Shown here piece by piece: positions 36,242 to 49,284 of a DNA stretch of 64,000 nucleotides. Source of the DNA: Callorhinchus milii (Eukaryota); the NCBI RefSeq assembly GCF_018977255.1, contig NW_024704742.1, positions 45,882,001 to 45,946,000 of the forward strand, given 5' to 3'. The notes beneath the pieces were generated by a model, which was not told the origin of the DNA, ran no database searches, and saw only the letters and a program-made list of their open reading frames with translations. Positions within the stretch are counted from its first letter, which is position 1; each line of letters starts with the position of its first letter. The position numbers were made by a program, and so were the translations under genes.

Positions 36242-37898
36242 CTCTGTGATATGCCATTATTTCAGTGCATCTCAGAACCCAAAAAAATGAAAATCTGGAT
36301 TTTTCTTTTCAAAATTTTTTTGCTTTTACAGTTCACTTTCACCAAAAATTCTGGCTATATATGCCGAGATCAGTAAAAAAAACTGTTTTAAAAACCACTA
36401 TTGAGTGTATAATAGGTGCTGAATCACAGACTGAAATTCATCAATCAATCAATGATTAATCAAACAAAGTCACTTTGTTTCAAATGGTAGAGTGATGCAG
36501 AAAGACTGATTTATATGTCTCGTTTCTCTTCTTATTGCACTGGAGACAAAACTGGTCATATGCAGTAAATCGGAAATGAAATCTTAGCTTTTTAATATCA
36601 TTAATGACACTTAAACATGGTCCCTTGAAAGTATACAGGCATCTGATGGAAATTTCAAGAGACCGACCATGGAGAAAGGGGATGAATTTGATTGACACCC
36701 AGTACATCCATACAACATGGATAAACTGAACACCTCCAAAGAACAAGTTTGTTCAGGAGTAAGTCTCCAGCATGGTTTTAGTTGACTCATCCCCACCTTC
36801 TATTCAGCAAATCGTGCTGCATGAGATGACTGACAATAGTGTTTAAGAATGTAAGAAAGCATTGAAATAGTTACATATTAATTTATTTCTAGGGCCATTA
36901 CTGTATTTTTTATTTTTTCCTGACATAACAATATAAATACAACATTATTGCATTTCAATGATTTAAAAAACTAATACTTCACAAAGCCTGTTCCCAAAAT
37001 AGATGATAAGCAATGGCCAGGAAGGACATGCAGCTATCTTGAAAATCCCCAAAGTAGGGATTAAATATTAAGTGCACTCAGTCATCTTACCTCAACATTA
37101 CTTTTCTTTTTTTTACTGGTGGGTCATGTTTCGAATAGTTAGCTCCAGCTTGAACACTTTTGGTGTGGGCTTGTGTGTAGTGCAGAGCGAAAAGTAGTTT
37201 TTCACGCAATAACCTGCAAATATAACATTATTGCAAGAGCATCAGGTTCAGACAGATGTGTGAACGAAGTAGTTTTAGTCATGACACCATTTTTGATCAA
37301 TTGTATTAAGTAGGGTCGACAATGAGTCATTTCAATGAAGGAATCCTATTTGAAATTGTGGCATACTGAAAAGCTTGGTGTTTAATTTTGATTTTCCTCC
37401 AGCAATAACCAGAGAATATAATGGAGACACCACTGATCACATCATTTTAATTTTCTGCTTTAGTCACCGAAGTCTATGGTGCCAGTTTGCTCTTATTTTC
37501 TTTGTCTCATAAATGTGGAAATATTGGTACGCCACAGTGACCATGCAAGGATGTATGGGAGTTCATTTGTGCCCTGAGGACCCAGACTAATTTCAATAAA
37601 CTATATGTCTGCCTTCTCACTTGCAAAAATGGATACAATACAATACAAAATTACATTTGTATAGTGCCTTTCACGTCAAGAGGACGTCCCATGAGGCTGG
37701 ATAAAAATATAGCAAAATAAAAACAGTTTTGCCTAACACAATCTATGTCCTTCACTTTTTAAGATTTTTTCCTGTGAAGTTTGATATTTCTCTCATGACT
37801 AATGGAGTATTTTATGTAATATTTTCCAAGACAAAATGATAGCCTTCGTGACCAGGAAAGTCACCAAAATAAACAGTCTAATATTATTCAACAGCAAA

Positions 37899-38540
37899 TT
37901 TTTTTGTCAGCTGGGTGTCTGACACGTGTGGAAACCCGTCAGCATGTTTGAGAGTATCCAAACCAGACTGAGATTTCCACATATGTGTGCCACTTACATA
38001 CAAAACTTTCCCTCTGTCTGGAATGGAATAAGCATTCTCTTTCAGTGGTGGTACAGACACTGTTTAACTAATTCTAGTGGGTATCAGGCACAGATTAGTG
38101 AGAGCCAAGGTTTAGGGACTCCTGAATGTGAATTAATTTTGATTGGAATTTAACCACCTAAAATTGCATAGCCTGTCACTGAGTGCACTGTCTGGCAAGC
38201 TTTCTGCTGCTTGTCCAATTGGGATAAACATACCCGTAAGAGCTCTGGTTTGCAGGGTTAACAGGAGCCGAAAGGGAAGAATCCTTGCCTTCATGTCTTG
38301 CCAATGAGCAAGGCTGACTGGTCTGTCATCAGTAATACCCTGGAGTACGGCAGACCTGCCTGACTCAGGAATTGGATTACCAAGAACCTGCATAGTTGTT
38401 GACTCTATACTGACATTCTGTTTCCTTGGAGCCAGAAATCCCAAGGAGTCGCGGTATAAGGCCCCCTCTCCCACCCCAACCACCATACACATATATCCCT
38501 CAAGGCTAATCACTAGTTGGTCATTTGACAATAGAAACTC
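37899..38540 (-). mobile_element. unclassified A-tailed repeat (family C), copy 2 (longest)
   Basis: 37906-38210 aligns with 42801-43100; 38400-38450 aligns in reverse with 38688-38750; preceded by T7; boundary beyond 38450 uncertain. Confidence 0.7.
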
Positions 38541-38684
38541 AATGTATGTATGTAGATTAGTTTAATCTACTATGGCCTTAATGGCTGGAAATGCCACATC
38601 CCCTCTCATTCTATTTTTAAATCCCACCTATCTGAAGGACACCATATAAATGCAAGGTTATCCTCCTTGGGAGAGAGGTAAGCA

Positions 38685-39032
38685 GGGTCTCCTTGGAGTT
38701 GAGCTGGCTTCAAGGTGACATGCCTGGCAATGGAATGTCGGAATCGAGCCAGGCCTCTCTGGCAAGCTATGCTGTATTAGCTAGTTAAACAGCAGCAGTA
38801 CCCCAACACACACTCTGGGGTTCCCAAGCTTTGGCCTTTGCCAACCTGCACCTAATACTTTCTGAAATTAGATAAGCAAGATGCATCCTTCCAGGGAGAG
38901 AGAATGCATTCCATTCCAACAATCTATCTCTGGGATTTCCATGTGGAGCTGGGATGCATGGAAATCTCAGCTTGTCTTGGATACTATTAAGCATAATGAT
39001 AGGTTCCACATTGTGTCAGACATCTGGCTGAC
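38685..39032 (+). mobile_element. unclassified repeat (family C), copy 3, internally deleted
   Basis: Aligns with copies 1, 2 and 4; hairpin 38930-38970. Confidence 0.75.
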
Positions 39033-39244
39033 TCCTAAACGTATGGAAGATGTTCTTGTAGTTTGAGAAAATAAGCTTTAGAAAACAGGTTACTAGGCAT
39101 GAGAATCAAATGGCACAGGCTTGTGGGACAAATAGCATTTTACTGTTATTAAAAATTCTTTATTTATATCTCAGCTTCACAGTTATTGAAATTCAATTAT
39201 TGCAGATTAAACCTGAGAAATAAGCAAGTTTCAATAATACAGAA

Positions 39245-39440
39245 AATATAGGCTGTATGTAGTTTACTTAGGCTGTATGTGGTATATATGGACTGTATGT
39301 AGAGTATATGGGCTGTATGGTTTGTATATAGACTGTGTATAGTATATATAGGCTGTTTGTAGTATATATAGGCTATATGTAGTGTATATAGACTGTATTT
39401 AGTGTATGTGGACTGCATGGAGTGTATATAGGCTGTATGT
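39245..39440 (+). repeat. 20-bp minisatellite, ~10 degenerate units (consensus ~AGTRTATATAGGCTGTATGT)
   Basis: G(G/A)CT-initiated blocks (mostly G(G/A)CTGT) recur at 39251, 39271, ... 39431 in exact 20-nt phase. Confidence 0.92.
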
Positions 39441-39469
39441 ATGTTGGGGAGGATCAGTTTGTGAGGCTA

Positions 39470-39583
39470 TGGGGAGATAGCGGGGGTGTGGGATTGATTT
39501 GGATAGCTCTTTTCAAAGAGCTGGCACAGACACGATGGGTCAAATGGGCTCCTTCTGTGGTGTATAATACTATGTATCTATGA
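39470..39583 (+). mobile_element. CR1-type 3' tail
   Basis: GGATAGCTCTTTTCAAAGAGCTGGCACAGACACGATGGGTCAAATGGGCTCCTTCTGTG..CTATGA. Confidence 0.65.
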
Positions 39584-39954
39584 TAAGAAACACTGAAATC
39601 CTGGAGTTACTTATTTGCTTTTGATTTTCTGAATATACTGCTTTGATTTATCTAGTGATATGGTCAGGAATGAAACTTTTTTTGAACAAAATGATGCAGT
39701 TTTGTAGGACCCCAAGTTAAAATATTCTCTCCATGCACTGTGTTAGGAAATGACATAAATTTCTCCCAGGTTATAATCGTCATAAGTGATAATAATAATC
39801 CTTGCTATTAATATAATAATAATCCTTGCATTTAATATACTACACCCCATCATCAAAATATGTTAAAACGCTTCAAAGGAATTACTGTGAAGTGCATTAA
39901 CTATATGTTTTGTAGAATGCAGCAGTCAATTTTCACACAGCAATATCTTAGAAT

Positions 39955-40482
39955 TATTACAACCAGGCTCGACTATGCCAACACCCTGGTTGTCAGCCTT
40001 CCCAACTCTTCCTTCCACAAGCTGCAGATCATCTAGAACTCTGCAGCTCGTGTCCTCTCCCACACCAGGCTCTGTGACCCCATCACACCAAGGCCCTCCA
40101 TGGCCTTGACCCCTCCTACTTCTCCGACCTGCTGACCCTTTATCAACCTGTCTGCTCCATTTGCTCAGCATGTTCCAGCTGGTCCCCCCAGCTGACCCGT
40201 CTCACCATCGGTGGTCGGGCCTTCAGCCTCTCTACCCCTACCCTCTGGAACTCCATCCCACATTCCCTTTACCTCGCACCCTCCCTTGCCTCCTGCAAGG
40301 CACACATCAAAACATTCCTCTTCGACTTTGCCTTTGGCCACCCTCCTACTCCCACCCTCCCTAATCCCAATCCCCACCACATAACCCCTCCCGGATCAGG
40401 TCCTAATCCCCGACTGTTCAGCGCCTTGGGACATCCTCCTGACGTGAAAGACGCTTTACAAATGTAATTTTGTAATGTATTG
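39955..40482 (+). mobile_element. older L2 3' fragment
   Basis: AGGCTCGACTATGCCAAC..GGTCGGGCCTTCAGC..GGGACATCCTCCTGACGTGAAAGACGC tail. Confidence 0.9.
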
Positions 40483-40484
40483 TA

Positions 40485-41100
40485 AACATCCATGAAGTGA
40501 ATGACAAATTTTATCCAGGGGATTGATGGCCAGGACAATGGAAGAACCCCCACCCCCAGCCCGCCCCCCCACCCCGCCACTTCTGCTTTCAAATAGTAAT
40601 GAAATCTTTATCATCCACTGGAACAAGCATACAGGACCTTGGTTTAACATTTCATCACAAGGCTGGCACCTCCAGCAATGTATTAGAGTAGACTATGAGC
40701 TCAAAGCCCTGACATTGGGCTTGAACTCACAACTTTCTGACTCAACCTCAAGAGTACTAACAACCAAGCCAGGCTGATAATATTCTATAGAATCTATAAT
40801 ATTGAAATGTCTCAAAGTGCTTCACAAATAATTGTTGTAAGTGTATTTTATAGTCAAATTGACTGGAATTTGGCAGTCAATTTGCAAACAGCAATGTCCC
40901 ATAACGTGACATGAATTACTGGAGGATTAACCAAATTATCAATTTACTTCGAGGACTGATGACTAGGACACTAGGAGAAACTCTTAAATGTGATCTTAAA
41001 TGTCCACTGTTATGCAGATGGATCTCAGTTAAATGTCCTATTGTAAAAATGACTCCTCCAGTGCTGTCCTGGTATATCAGCCTACACAGTCTGTAAGCTA
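40485..41100 (-). mobile_element. two adjacent Deu-domain SINE fragments (40485-40778, ~40800-41100)
   Basis: Deu core and tRNA head motifs in reverse orientation. Confidence 0.65.
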
Positions 41101-42795
41101 AGAAATTTTTAGGTGGTGTTAAGATTGGATTTTGATAAAGCAAGAAAGTTCACTGGAAGCAAAGCACAGAGCTGTGTTCTTTTTATGGGATTTTCTTTGA
41201 GATCTTGAATATAAATAGTATTCAAATGACAGTTCTCTGATGGCTGGAATAATATCAAGCGAAATGAGATTGGACAGTCTTAAGTAACTTCATTGTGAAC
41301 ATGAATCTACAGTACAAAATGTGTTAAGCTTTGGAATAGCTGGTATCAGTCTCACTCAGAGGTCCATTAATGTGGGAACTAGAAATGTTGTTGTCATGCA
41401 GTCAGAAGTGTTCTTGTGTGTTTGTAGTGGTGCAGCATTGTTGATAAAATGCCAAAGCTTTATATTGATCAAGGCTATAGATGACCAGCTAGTGTTTAAT
41501 GGTGATATTGGGTGGAAGATACTACTTGAAAGTTGGTACTAACTAATCATATTACTCTCAGTGGCACACTTGTCTGTTTTAAAATATTCAAACTGATTCT
41601 TGATGTGTTACCAAATTGCAGAATTTCCTGAATCAGACTGCCATGAGGACAATTTTCTAAGCTTTGCTGAGCTCAATCAATTTGCAATGATAAATATCGT
41701 AACATTTAATATTGTGTTTTTCACATTGGGAGGACGTCTCAAAATGCTTCACTGAATGTGCTGTGAAATACGCTATAATGACTTGCAATTTGGCAACACA
41801 GCAATGCCCCAAAATTTATTTCTAAAGAGTCACACCTTATCATAACTGCTTTCTCAGATCATCCAAAATTCTTGCATTATTTATTTTACTTAACCCTTGG
41901 ATGTACCTGAGCTGGTTGGATCCTGGATCCTGGAACACTGTCTATGTTCTATGTCCTACTCTTCTAATGGTTTTATGTCCTCTTTAACAGATTAGCAAAT
42001 TATTTCTGACTTAATGCATGCCTGTTAAGAAGTATGCCTGATACAATTTCTTTTTTTGTCTCTAAGGCAGGTAACTTTTTATTATACTGCATTATGATTG
42101 TCCTTCAACTATTCCTGATTGCCAGAAGGTTTTATTATTTTTATTAGTCATTGTTTGGACCTGTCTGCTGGTTCCTCAAATGAGGTTGTTCATTCCATGA
42201 AAATTGTCTCACCAGAAAAAAAAGCACAAGAGTCTATCCTTTCATGCATCCTAGCCTGGGAGACATCATCCTCTTTAGATCTGGTTTTATTTTCTCATGA
42301 GGAAAAAAGCATATACGCTCCATTAAACCCAGATATATTCACAGAGTTGGTTTTAAGTCTGTTACCAGAGTCTCAACTGAATTTGCATGGTGTTGAAGTC
42401 CTTTAGATATTTACACAGTCTGCAGCACACATTATTGCAGTCGTTAAGACAGTAAAACTAAAATCTCTCGATATTTTGTTCATTAAGGAATATATTTTCC
42501 TCCTTTTAGTGAAATTTACACATGAACAGTGGCCGGGAGGAAATCAGAGTTTTCAGAATAGATTTCAACTGTTTTCAGGAAAATTTCCATCTCAGTGTAG
42601 AATTGGTTCGTAGCTCTTTACAAACATATTGTTGAAAGAGAAGCTATAGAATACAATGCAATCAAATTTTCATTTATATAGTGCTTTTCATGGGAGGATA
42701 TGGAGGATCTTTCAAAATGTTTCAAAGTCCTGAGCTGAGATTGAATGCTGAAAGGCTGGGGAGCGACAAGATGACCAAAAGAACAATCAATTGTA

Positions 42796-43100
42796 TTTTT
42801 GGTCGGCCTGGTCTCTGATACATGCAGAAACCTATCACCATGCTTAAGAGTAGCCAAACCAAGCTGAGATTTCCATATATTTTTCCTATATATGGAAATT
42901 CCTGAGATATTTATTGGAATGGAATGCACAGTCTCTCTCTTGAGGAAACACATCTTGCTTGCTAATTCCAGAGGGTATTAGGCACAGGTTGGCATGAGCC
43001 AGGCTTGGGGAGCCCCGAGTGTCTGTATGGATACTGCTTTAGTCTAACCAGCTAAAATCACATCGCTTACCATTGAAAGCACTGCCTGGCAAACCTTCTG
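42796..43100 (-). mobile_element. unclassified A-tailed repeat (family C), copy 4
   Basis: Colinear with 37906-38210; hairpin 42864-42904; preceded by T5. Confidence 0.75.
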
Positions 43101-43245
43101 GGTTAATAGTACCTCAAAAAAAACAAATTTAGTCACTCAATCCATAACTGTTTATGGGACACTACTGTGTGCAATTGGCTGCGACATTTCACCCACAAAG
43201 TATCGTCAATCCCCTTTACAACATATTCTGTAAAAACGCTTTGAG

Positions 43246-43720
43246 ACAACAACAACAACAAAATTACATTTGTATAGCGCCTTTCATGTTGGGAGGATTT
43301 CCCAATGCACTGGATAATCAGTGTTTTGGACCCAAGCTGAGGGTCAGGATCCGGGAGGGTGGAGGGCAGCTGGGGTAGAAGGGTGATCGAAGGTACGGTC
43401 AAAGAGGAGGGTCTTGAGACAGGTCTTGAAGAAAGCAACGGAGGGGGCAAGGCAGTCGGACTGTGGCATGGAGTTCCAGAGGGTGGGGGCAGAGCAGCTG
43501 AAGGCCCGCACGCCAATGATGGGGCTGGCGAGATGGGGGATGTGAAGCAGGCTGGAGCCCGCTGAGCGGAGGGAACAGGCCGGTTAGAAGGCCGCAGAAG
43601 TAGGGGGGACCAAGGCCATGAAGGGCATTGAAAGTGAGGCCAGGATCTTGAACTGCATCTTTTGTGTGATGGGAAGTCAGTGGAGTCGGGCAAGGATAGG
43701 GGTGATAGGTTCACGGAGAC
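43246..43720 (-). mobile_element. older L2 3' fragment
   Basis: (CAA)n tail + GTATAGCGCCTTTCATGTTGGGAGG; GAGTTCCAGAGGGTGGGGGCAGAG..CTGAAGGCCCG. Confidence 0.9.
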
Positions 43721-44117
43721 CTCATTGCTGAAAGCCATTTGAATCAGGAAATCCATCAATTATTTTCGGGGGTGGGGGCAGGGAACTGCCTGCAACACTG
43801 CGTACCATATACGGCAGCATTTAATGATGGATTGAAAGTCTGTGAACTGGCGGATGCAGACGAAGAGTTATTTTGCAAAATTAGAGAATTGTTGTATCAA
43901 GCAATGGCACATGGTAATCGTGGTTCTCATTGTATTATATGCAATGGACACAGATACAAAGGAGATTACAGGCAACAGGCGGAGATTTCACTGCATGATA
44001 CACAATTAACAGAAGAGGATCTTCTGGCCTAGACTGTGCATCAACCTCACCATTTCTGGATTAAGCAGTGATTTTCTGGATTAAGAATGGAAATAACAAT
44101 ATCATTCTCGTGTCATC

Positions 44118-44840
44118 CCATCGGTTCACGCACAAAATATACAGTTTATTTACAGTCACTTTACAGTCTGTTCTGTGAAGCACTTTGAGACATCTCGAAG
44201 ATGTGATAAAGCGCTATATCAAATGCAAGTTTATTATTAGTATTAGTATTATTATTATGGCAGCACATTTACATTGGGGCTTTGAACTCATACAGACTTG
44301 GCTGACCTTCCAATGTTGTGCTGTTGGCATTCTGCATTGTTGGAGGTGCAGGGTTCCATTGCTGGGCAGGGCAAAATGCTGGGCACGTTTCCTTACTCCA
44401 GACGTCTCTGTTTACCTAGCATAAGTAGGAACACAGTTGTTAGTCGATTGGCAGATTGCTTTTCCGGGATTAACAATTCCTTCAAAAAAATTGTTCACTT
44501 AATCCATGATTATTTGTGGGACACAGCTGTGGCAACTGGCTGTTGCGTTTTGCCGACAAAATATATTATTAAATCAAGGTCCTGCTTGTCTGTTCTTGTG
44601 GATATTAAAGATCCATGGCACAATACAAAAAGAGAATGGTGTTTTTCCTGTAGTCCAGGCCAACAATCCCCAAATAAAATTGATAATTCACTTCATGGCT
44701 GTTTGTGAGACATTGCTGTGCACAAATCAGCTGCCGCATTCACCCACAAATTGCACAGTCACTAAACCTTATAGTATATTCTGTGAAGTGCTTTGAGAAT
44801 CCTGACATGAAATGCACAATCATACAACTAATGATAAATA
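44118..44840 (+). mobile_element. SINE cluster: family A 3' piece (44118-44258); Deu SINE (44260-44350 + 44570-44840) with nested family A long SINE (44350-44568)
   Basis: Motif order read directly against the other copies in the window. Confidence 0.7.
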
Positions 44841-45230
44841 ATTATCCTTGCATTTGTTATAGTATCTTAAATGTATTTCCTTCTGGGTTTAAATGCATAA
44901 ATGAGTCCTTAATTATGTAATGACCCCATGAAGAAGATCACAGAATCACATATGATCCTATTCATTAACACTTAGTTGGCTAATTAAGGGTGTCTGTATT
45001 TGTTAGAAAATATTTAGCTCATGGGCTATTAACCCAACTAGGCATTTTGGAACCCTCCATTGTAGAAACATGCTGTGCAAATATAAATAAAAAATGTAAA
45101 CCCTGGATTGTTCAGCAACTTGGGATGTCTTCCCAATGTGAAAGACGCTATTTAAATGTAAATTTGTTTTTGGTGTTGTGTGCAAATTGGCTACCATGTT
45201 CACCTACAGAATATAAAGCCATTACATTTC

Positions 45231-46592
45231 AACAACAACAACAACAACAAGATTCCATTTATATAGCGCCTTTCACGTCAGGAGGACGTCCCAATTACAT
45301 TTCACAGTATATCCCATGTTGCATTTTGAGATAGAATACACAACAATAGGAGAGGGCACGAGCTACAGAGTTCTGAATGATCTGCAGCCTGTGGAGGGAA
45401 GAGTTGGGAAGTCTGACAAGCAAGGAGTTGGCATAGTCTAACCTGGATGTAATGAAGGCATGTATGAGGGTTTGGGGGGCCTGAGGCATGAGGCAGTGGT
45501 GGGCAAGGTTGTGGAGGTGGGGAAAGGCGGAGGGGGTCAAGGCATGGACGTGGGGGAGAAAGTACAGTTGAGCTTCGAAAAAGTTGCCTAGGTTCTTGAC
45601 TGGCTTGGTGAGGTGGAGTGTGCATCCATGGATGATAATGCTATTAGTGCCTGAGGTGTGGAGGTGCTGGTGTGAGCTAATCAGAAGAACCTTACTGATG
45701 TTCAACTGTAGAAAGTTGACTCTCATCCAGGAGATCAGTTGTCCTGGAGTTGAGGGTGGAGGCAGAGAGATAGAGTTGGGTGTCATCCCATGACATATGG
45801 ATGTTGAACCAATGTCTGTGACTGATGTCACCAAGAGGGAGCACGTACAGGTTGAAGAAGAGAGGACCGAGGACAGAGCCCTGAGTATCACTACACAAAA
45901 TGGAGCGGGGGTTGGAGGAGAAGATGTTTGTGGAGGCAAAGTGGGGCCGGTGTGAGAGATAGAATCTGAACCATTCAAGGACAGAATCTTGAAGGTTGAG
46001 ATGCGAGGAGCAGTGGTGGAGGAGGATAAATGGTCCACAGTGTCAAAGGCAGCAGAGAGTTCGAAGAGGATGAGGAGACAGAGGGAACCCTGGTCACAGA
46101 TGGACAGAATGTCATTTGTCACCTTGACCACGGCTGTTTCCATGCTGTGGGTTGGAGGGGTTCGTAAAGGGAGTTGCAGGAGAGGAAGGAGTGAAGCTGG
46201 GAAGCAACAACTCTTTTAAGGACCTTGGAAAGGAAAGGGAGGTTGGAGATCGGACAGTTGTCAGTGAGCAGTGCTGAGTCCAGGGAAGTTTCTTTTAGGA
46301 TAGGGGTGATGGCAGCTGTTTTTAGGGGGGTGGGAATGGTGCCAGTTGACAGGGAGAGGTTGACCAGGTCTGAGAGTAAAGAGGCAAAGAGGTGGAGCTG
46401 GGAGGTAAGGACAGGGTTAGGGATGAGTTCGAGAGAGCAGGTGGTGGCTTCATGCAGGTTATAGTGGTGGTGAGAGATGTGAGGGAGACAGGTTCAAAGG
46501 TGTGGATGGAGTGACAGGTGTGAGAGAGAGATGGGGAGGGGTTGGGGGTTGGGAGGGTGGAGGCGGCTGAACGGATCCCCTCAATTTTGAAT
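45231..46592 (-). mobile_element. older L2 RT fragment (45345-46592) plus a separate young L2 tail (45231-45293)
   Basis: ORF 45295-46143 [33 protein letters not shown] 45692-45898 [17 protein letters not shown]. Confidence 0.93.
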
Positions 46593-47534
46593 CCGGAGAT
46601 GTCCTCTTGATGTGAAAGGCACTAAATCAATGTCAAAGATGAGTATTATTTATTATAATAATATTAAAAGTGAATAATATTAACAATACAGTTGGGAGTG
46701 CAGAAATTTGAGATAGTAATAGAGAATTGTCAAATGTAACTGTAAATGGAATTTAACCCCTAAATCTCCAAACTGAAGAATTCATAAATGAGAGAGAATG
46801 AATCACAGCTGATCTCCTCTGTCACCAACAAACAATCATAAACAATCAAAAACAGGAATTGTTCTTGAAGCAAACACTTAATTTTATATGTGTTAATATT
46901 GCCTACAAAATACACAGTTCACTATATTCAACACTAAATCCTGTGAAGCGCTTTGAAATGTCCTGCTGGCATGAAGCACTCTATATCAAATGCAAGGATT
47001 ATCAATATAAATGAAATTTTCATTAAGTTGTAATTTCTGATTGAGATTAAGCTAGGACGCTGTGATTTCACAGAGCTTTGTTAAAAGCAAGCTGCCAAGA
47101 AACAATATTTTCTTCTCAATAAAAGGTAAATTGTTCTTGTTACCTTTGATAATAATCACTTTGTATACAGTGTTCTAAATAATTTAATGGCAATAATTAG
47201 AAGCAAAATATGATAAGCCATAATTGTTGTTCAAATATTTATCTGCCTGAGGAGCAGTTGATCCCATTCTTCCCAACACTGATTTATGTTTATCACACTG
47301 ATTCCTGGCATCTTAAATTAAAATAAAGGTTACATTGTTCTGCTCCATAATCTCTAGACATGCCAGTGCTGCAAAAAAATTCTATTACATTACATTTCCT
47401 GCTGTGAAGCAGCAATATATTTTTAAATAGTACAAATTCTGCTTAACAGTCGGAATACGATTGATTTTCATGCTTGTTTTGTGGGGCGAGAGTTCAATAC
47501 AGTGTCTATTACAACATACAGTGCCAAATCAACC

Positions 47535-47875
47535 TTAAGCAGGCTCCGGCCTGCTCCATGTCCCCTACCCGACCCGACACGACCTGCCCCACCATTGGCA
47601 ATCGGGCCTTCAACCTCTCTGCCTCCACCCTTTTGAACTCTATCCCACAGTTCCTTCGTCTTGCTCGCTCTCTTCGCTCCTTCAAGGCACTCCTCAGCTC
47701 TCAAGACCCTCCTCTTCGACCATGCCTTTGGCCACCCCCCTGCCCCTAGCCTCCCTGCCCTTCACCTCTCCTAATCCCTACCCCCTGCTTGGATCCAAAT
47801 CCCTGACTGTCAGGTGCTTTGAGACATCCTCCCAACGTGAAAGACGCTATACAAATGTAATTTGTTCTTGTTATT
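47535..47875 (+). mobile_element. older L2 3' fragment
   Basis: ORF PTIGNRAFNLSASTLLNSIPQ; tail GAGACATCCTCCCAACGTGAAAGACGC. Confidence 0.88.
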
Positions 47876-49263
47876 ATGGTGGAGGTTTCTTAGTTTTACC
47901 TTTCGACTCCATTCCCTTGATGATCGAGGAATATTGTTCCTCAGTGTTTAAAAAACAAAACAAAAAAAGGAACGGATTCGAGTTTTAAGATTAGCCCCGA
48001 CTTTCATGGGTGTTTAGGTGGCTGTGTAGTCCATTCCTCAGGAGGCAGATTTTACAACAAATGTGACAGATGAGAGATGAACCAGTTAATGGTTTGGTCA
48101 CAGCAGACTGACAATCCCTCCTCTGTGTACATTTTTCTTCTTGCTTTGTAATCCTTGCTTGTTCAAATTACTTAAATCCCTGAGTATATGCAGATCGCCA
48201 CAATTTGAGCTCCTTGGACGATTTCTCCTATGAATTGATATCAATATCGTATTTCTTTACTCTGATGTATGCTCTGCCCTGTGTAGTAAGTGAGTGGACT
48301 AAACAGCTTTGAGCTGTGATTGGACAAAACAATTTCAAACTCCATCACTGCATGTAAAATTCCCGTGCCTAGATTTGGGGGAATAAAAAGGGAAGTTTAT
48401 CCAAAAATCTTTAGAGAGTGCCTTTTTAACAGAGAACTCTGCCGAACTCTCCCAGCGAAAAGATAACTGATCAATACTTGATTTATTTAACTTGGTTGCT
48501 GCTTCATCTAATATATATTAAACATTGATCGATTTTCTTCTATTATTTGACAATCTGATTAATAATTTGTAATTGATTATGATCCTTTTTTGTCGACATT
48601 GGAATTATTCATGCATCTCGGTATAAACCCTACATCAGCATGGTCTCAAAGTACTATTTCTAAGCAACACTTGGCTTTAAGTACTCTGAGTCGCAACGCC
48701 ACATGAACAGGCACTATATAAATGCAAGTTGTTTTGTTGGCTTTCTGAAGCGCTTAGACATCAATACAGATCAAGAATTGCCAACCATCTCAAGATTTTT
48801 CCCATTTGAGAGTGACATACATTGCTAACTGCGCCACCTCAGCTAAATTACTGCTATTTGCCTTCTGGGAAATATGCCTCAATTAAATCCCACATGTCAC
48901 AGCCACTTTTGCCATTTAATGAAAAGAATAATTCAAACGCTTGGACAGATAACTCTCTACAGTATTCTTAAGAGAGTTTAACAACACATAATATTTAATC
49001 TAATTTGTGCGCACAAACTCCCCTTGCTGAGTAGGGTGATATTATGTTCATGATGCTGTGACATGCACATACTTGGCCACTTATGATTGTTGTAATTTAA
49101 TTTCTTTCACTAATAGTAAAAGTACCCAAGGGCTCATTGATTTATCTTAAGGCTTGCTATGTCCTTGCTGTGATGTAACAGTAGTGCTGAACTTTGTTAA
49201 ACCTCCTGGTTGAGGCAACGGCTGAGCTGCTCCTTGGCTAACATGCACTCCACTGTCTTTCAG

Positions 49264-49284
49264 CTGGACTTTAACTGTATTCGA
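49264..49284 (+). other. candidate 21-nt microexon (LDFNCIR in phase 0)
   Basis: CTAAC (49238-49242), TGC (49244-49246), CACTGTCTTTCAG| acceptor, CGA|GTGAGT donor. Confidence 0.25.

Noticed and set aside
37906..39032. Apparent 1.1-kb element with ~225-bp TIRs
   Set aside because: The arms also occur as solo copies with A-runs, homology continues asymmetrically inward, there is no TSD, and a LINE tail separates them. Two independent insertions explain it better.
39245..39440. Regularly spaced repeats suggesting a CRISPR array (also 53944-54090)
   Set aside because: Contiguous degenerate tandem units with no unique spacers and no cas genes, in vertebrate DNA.
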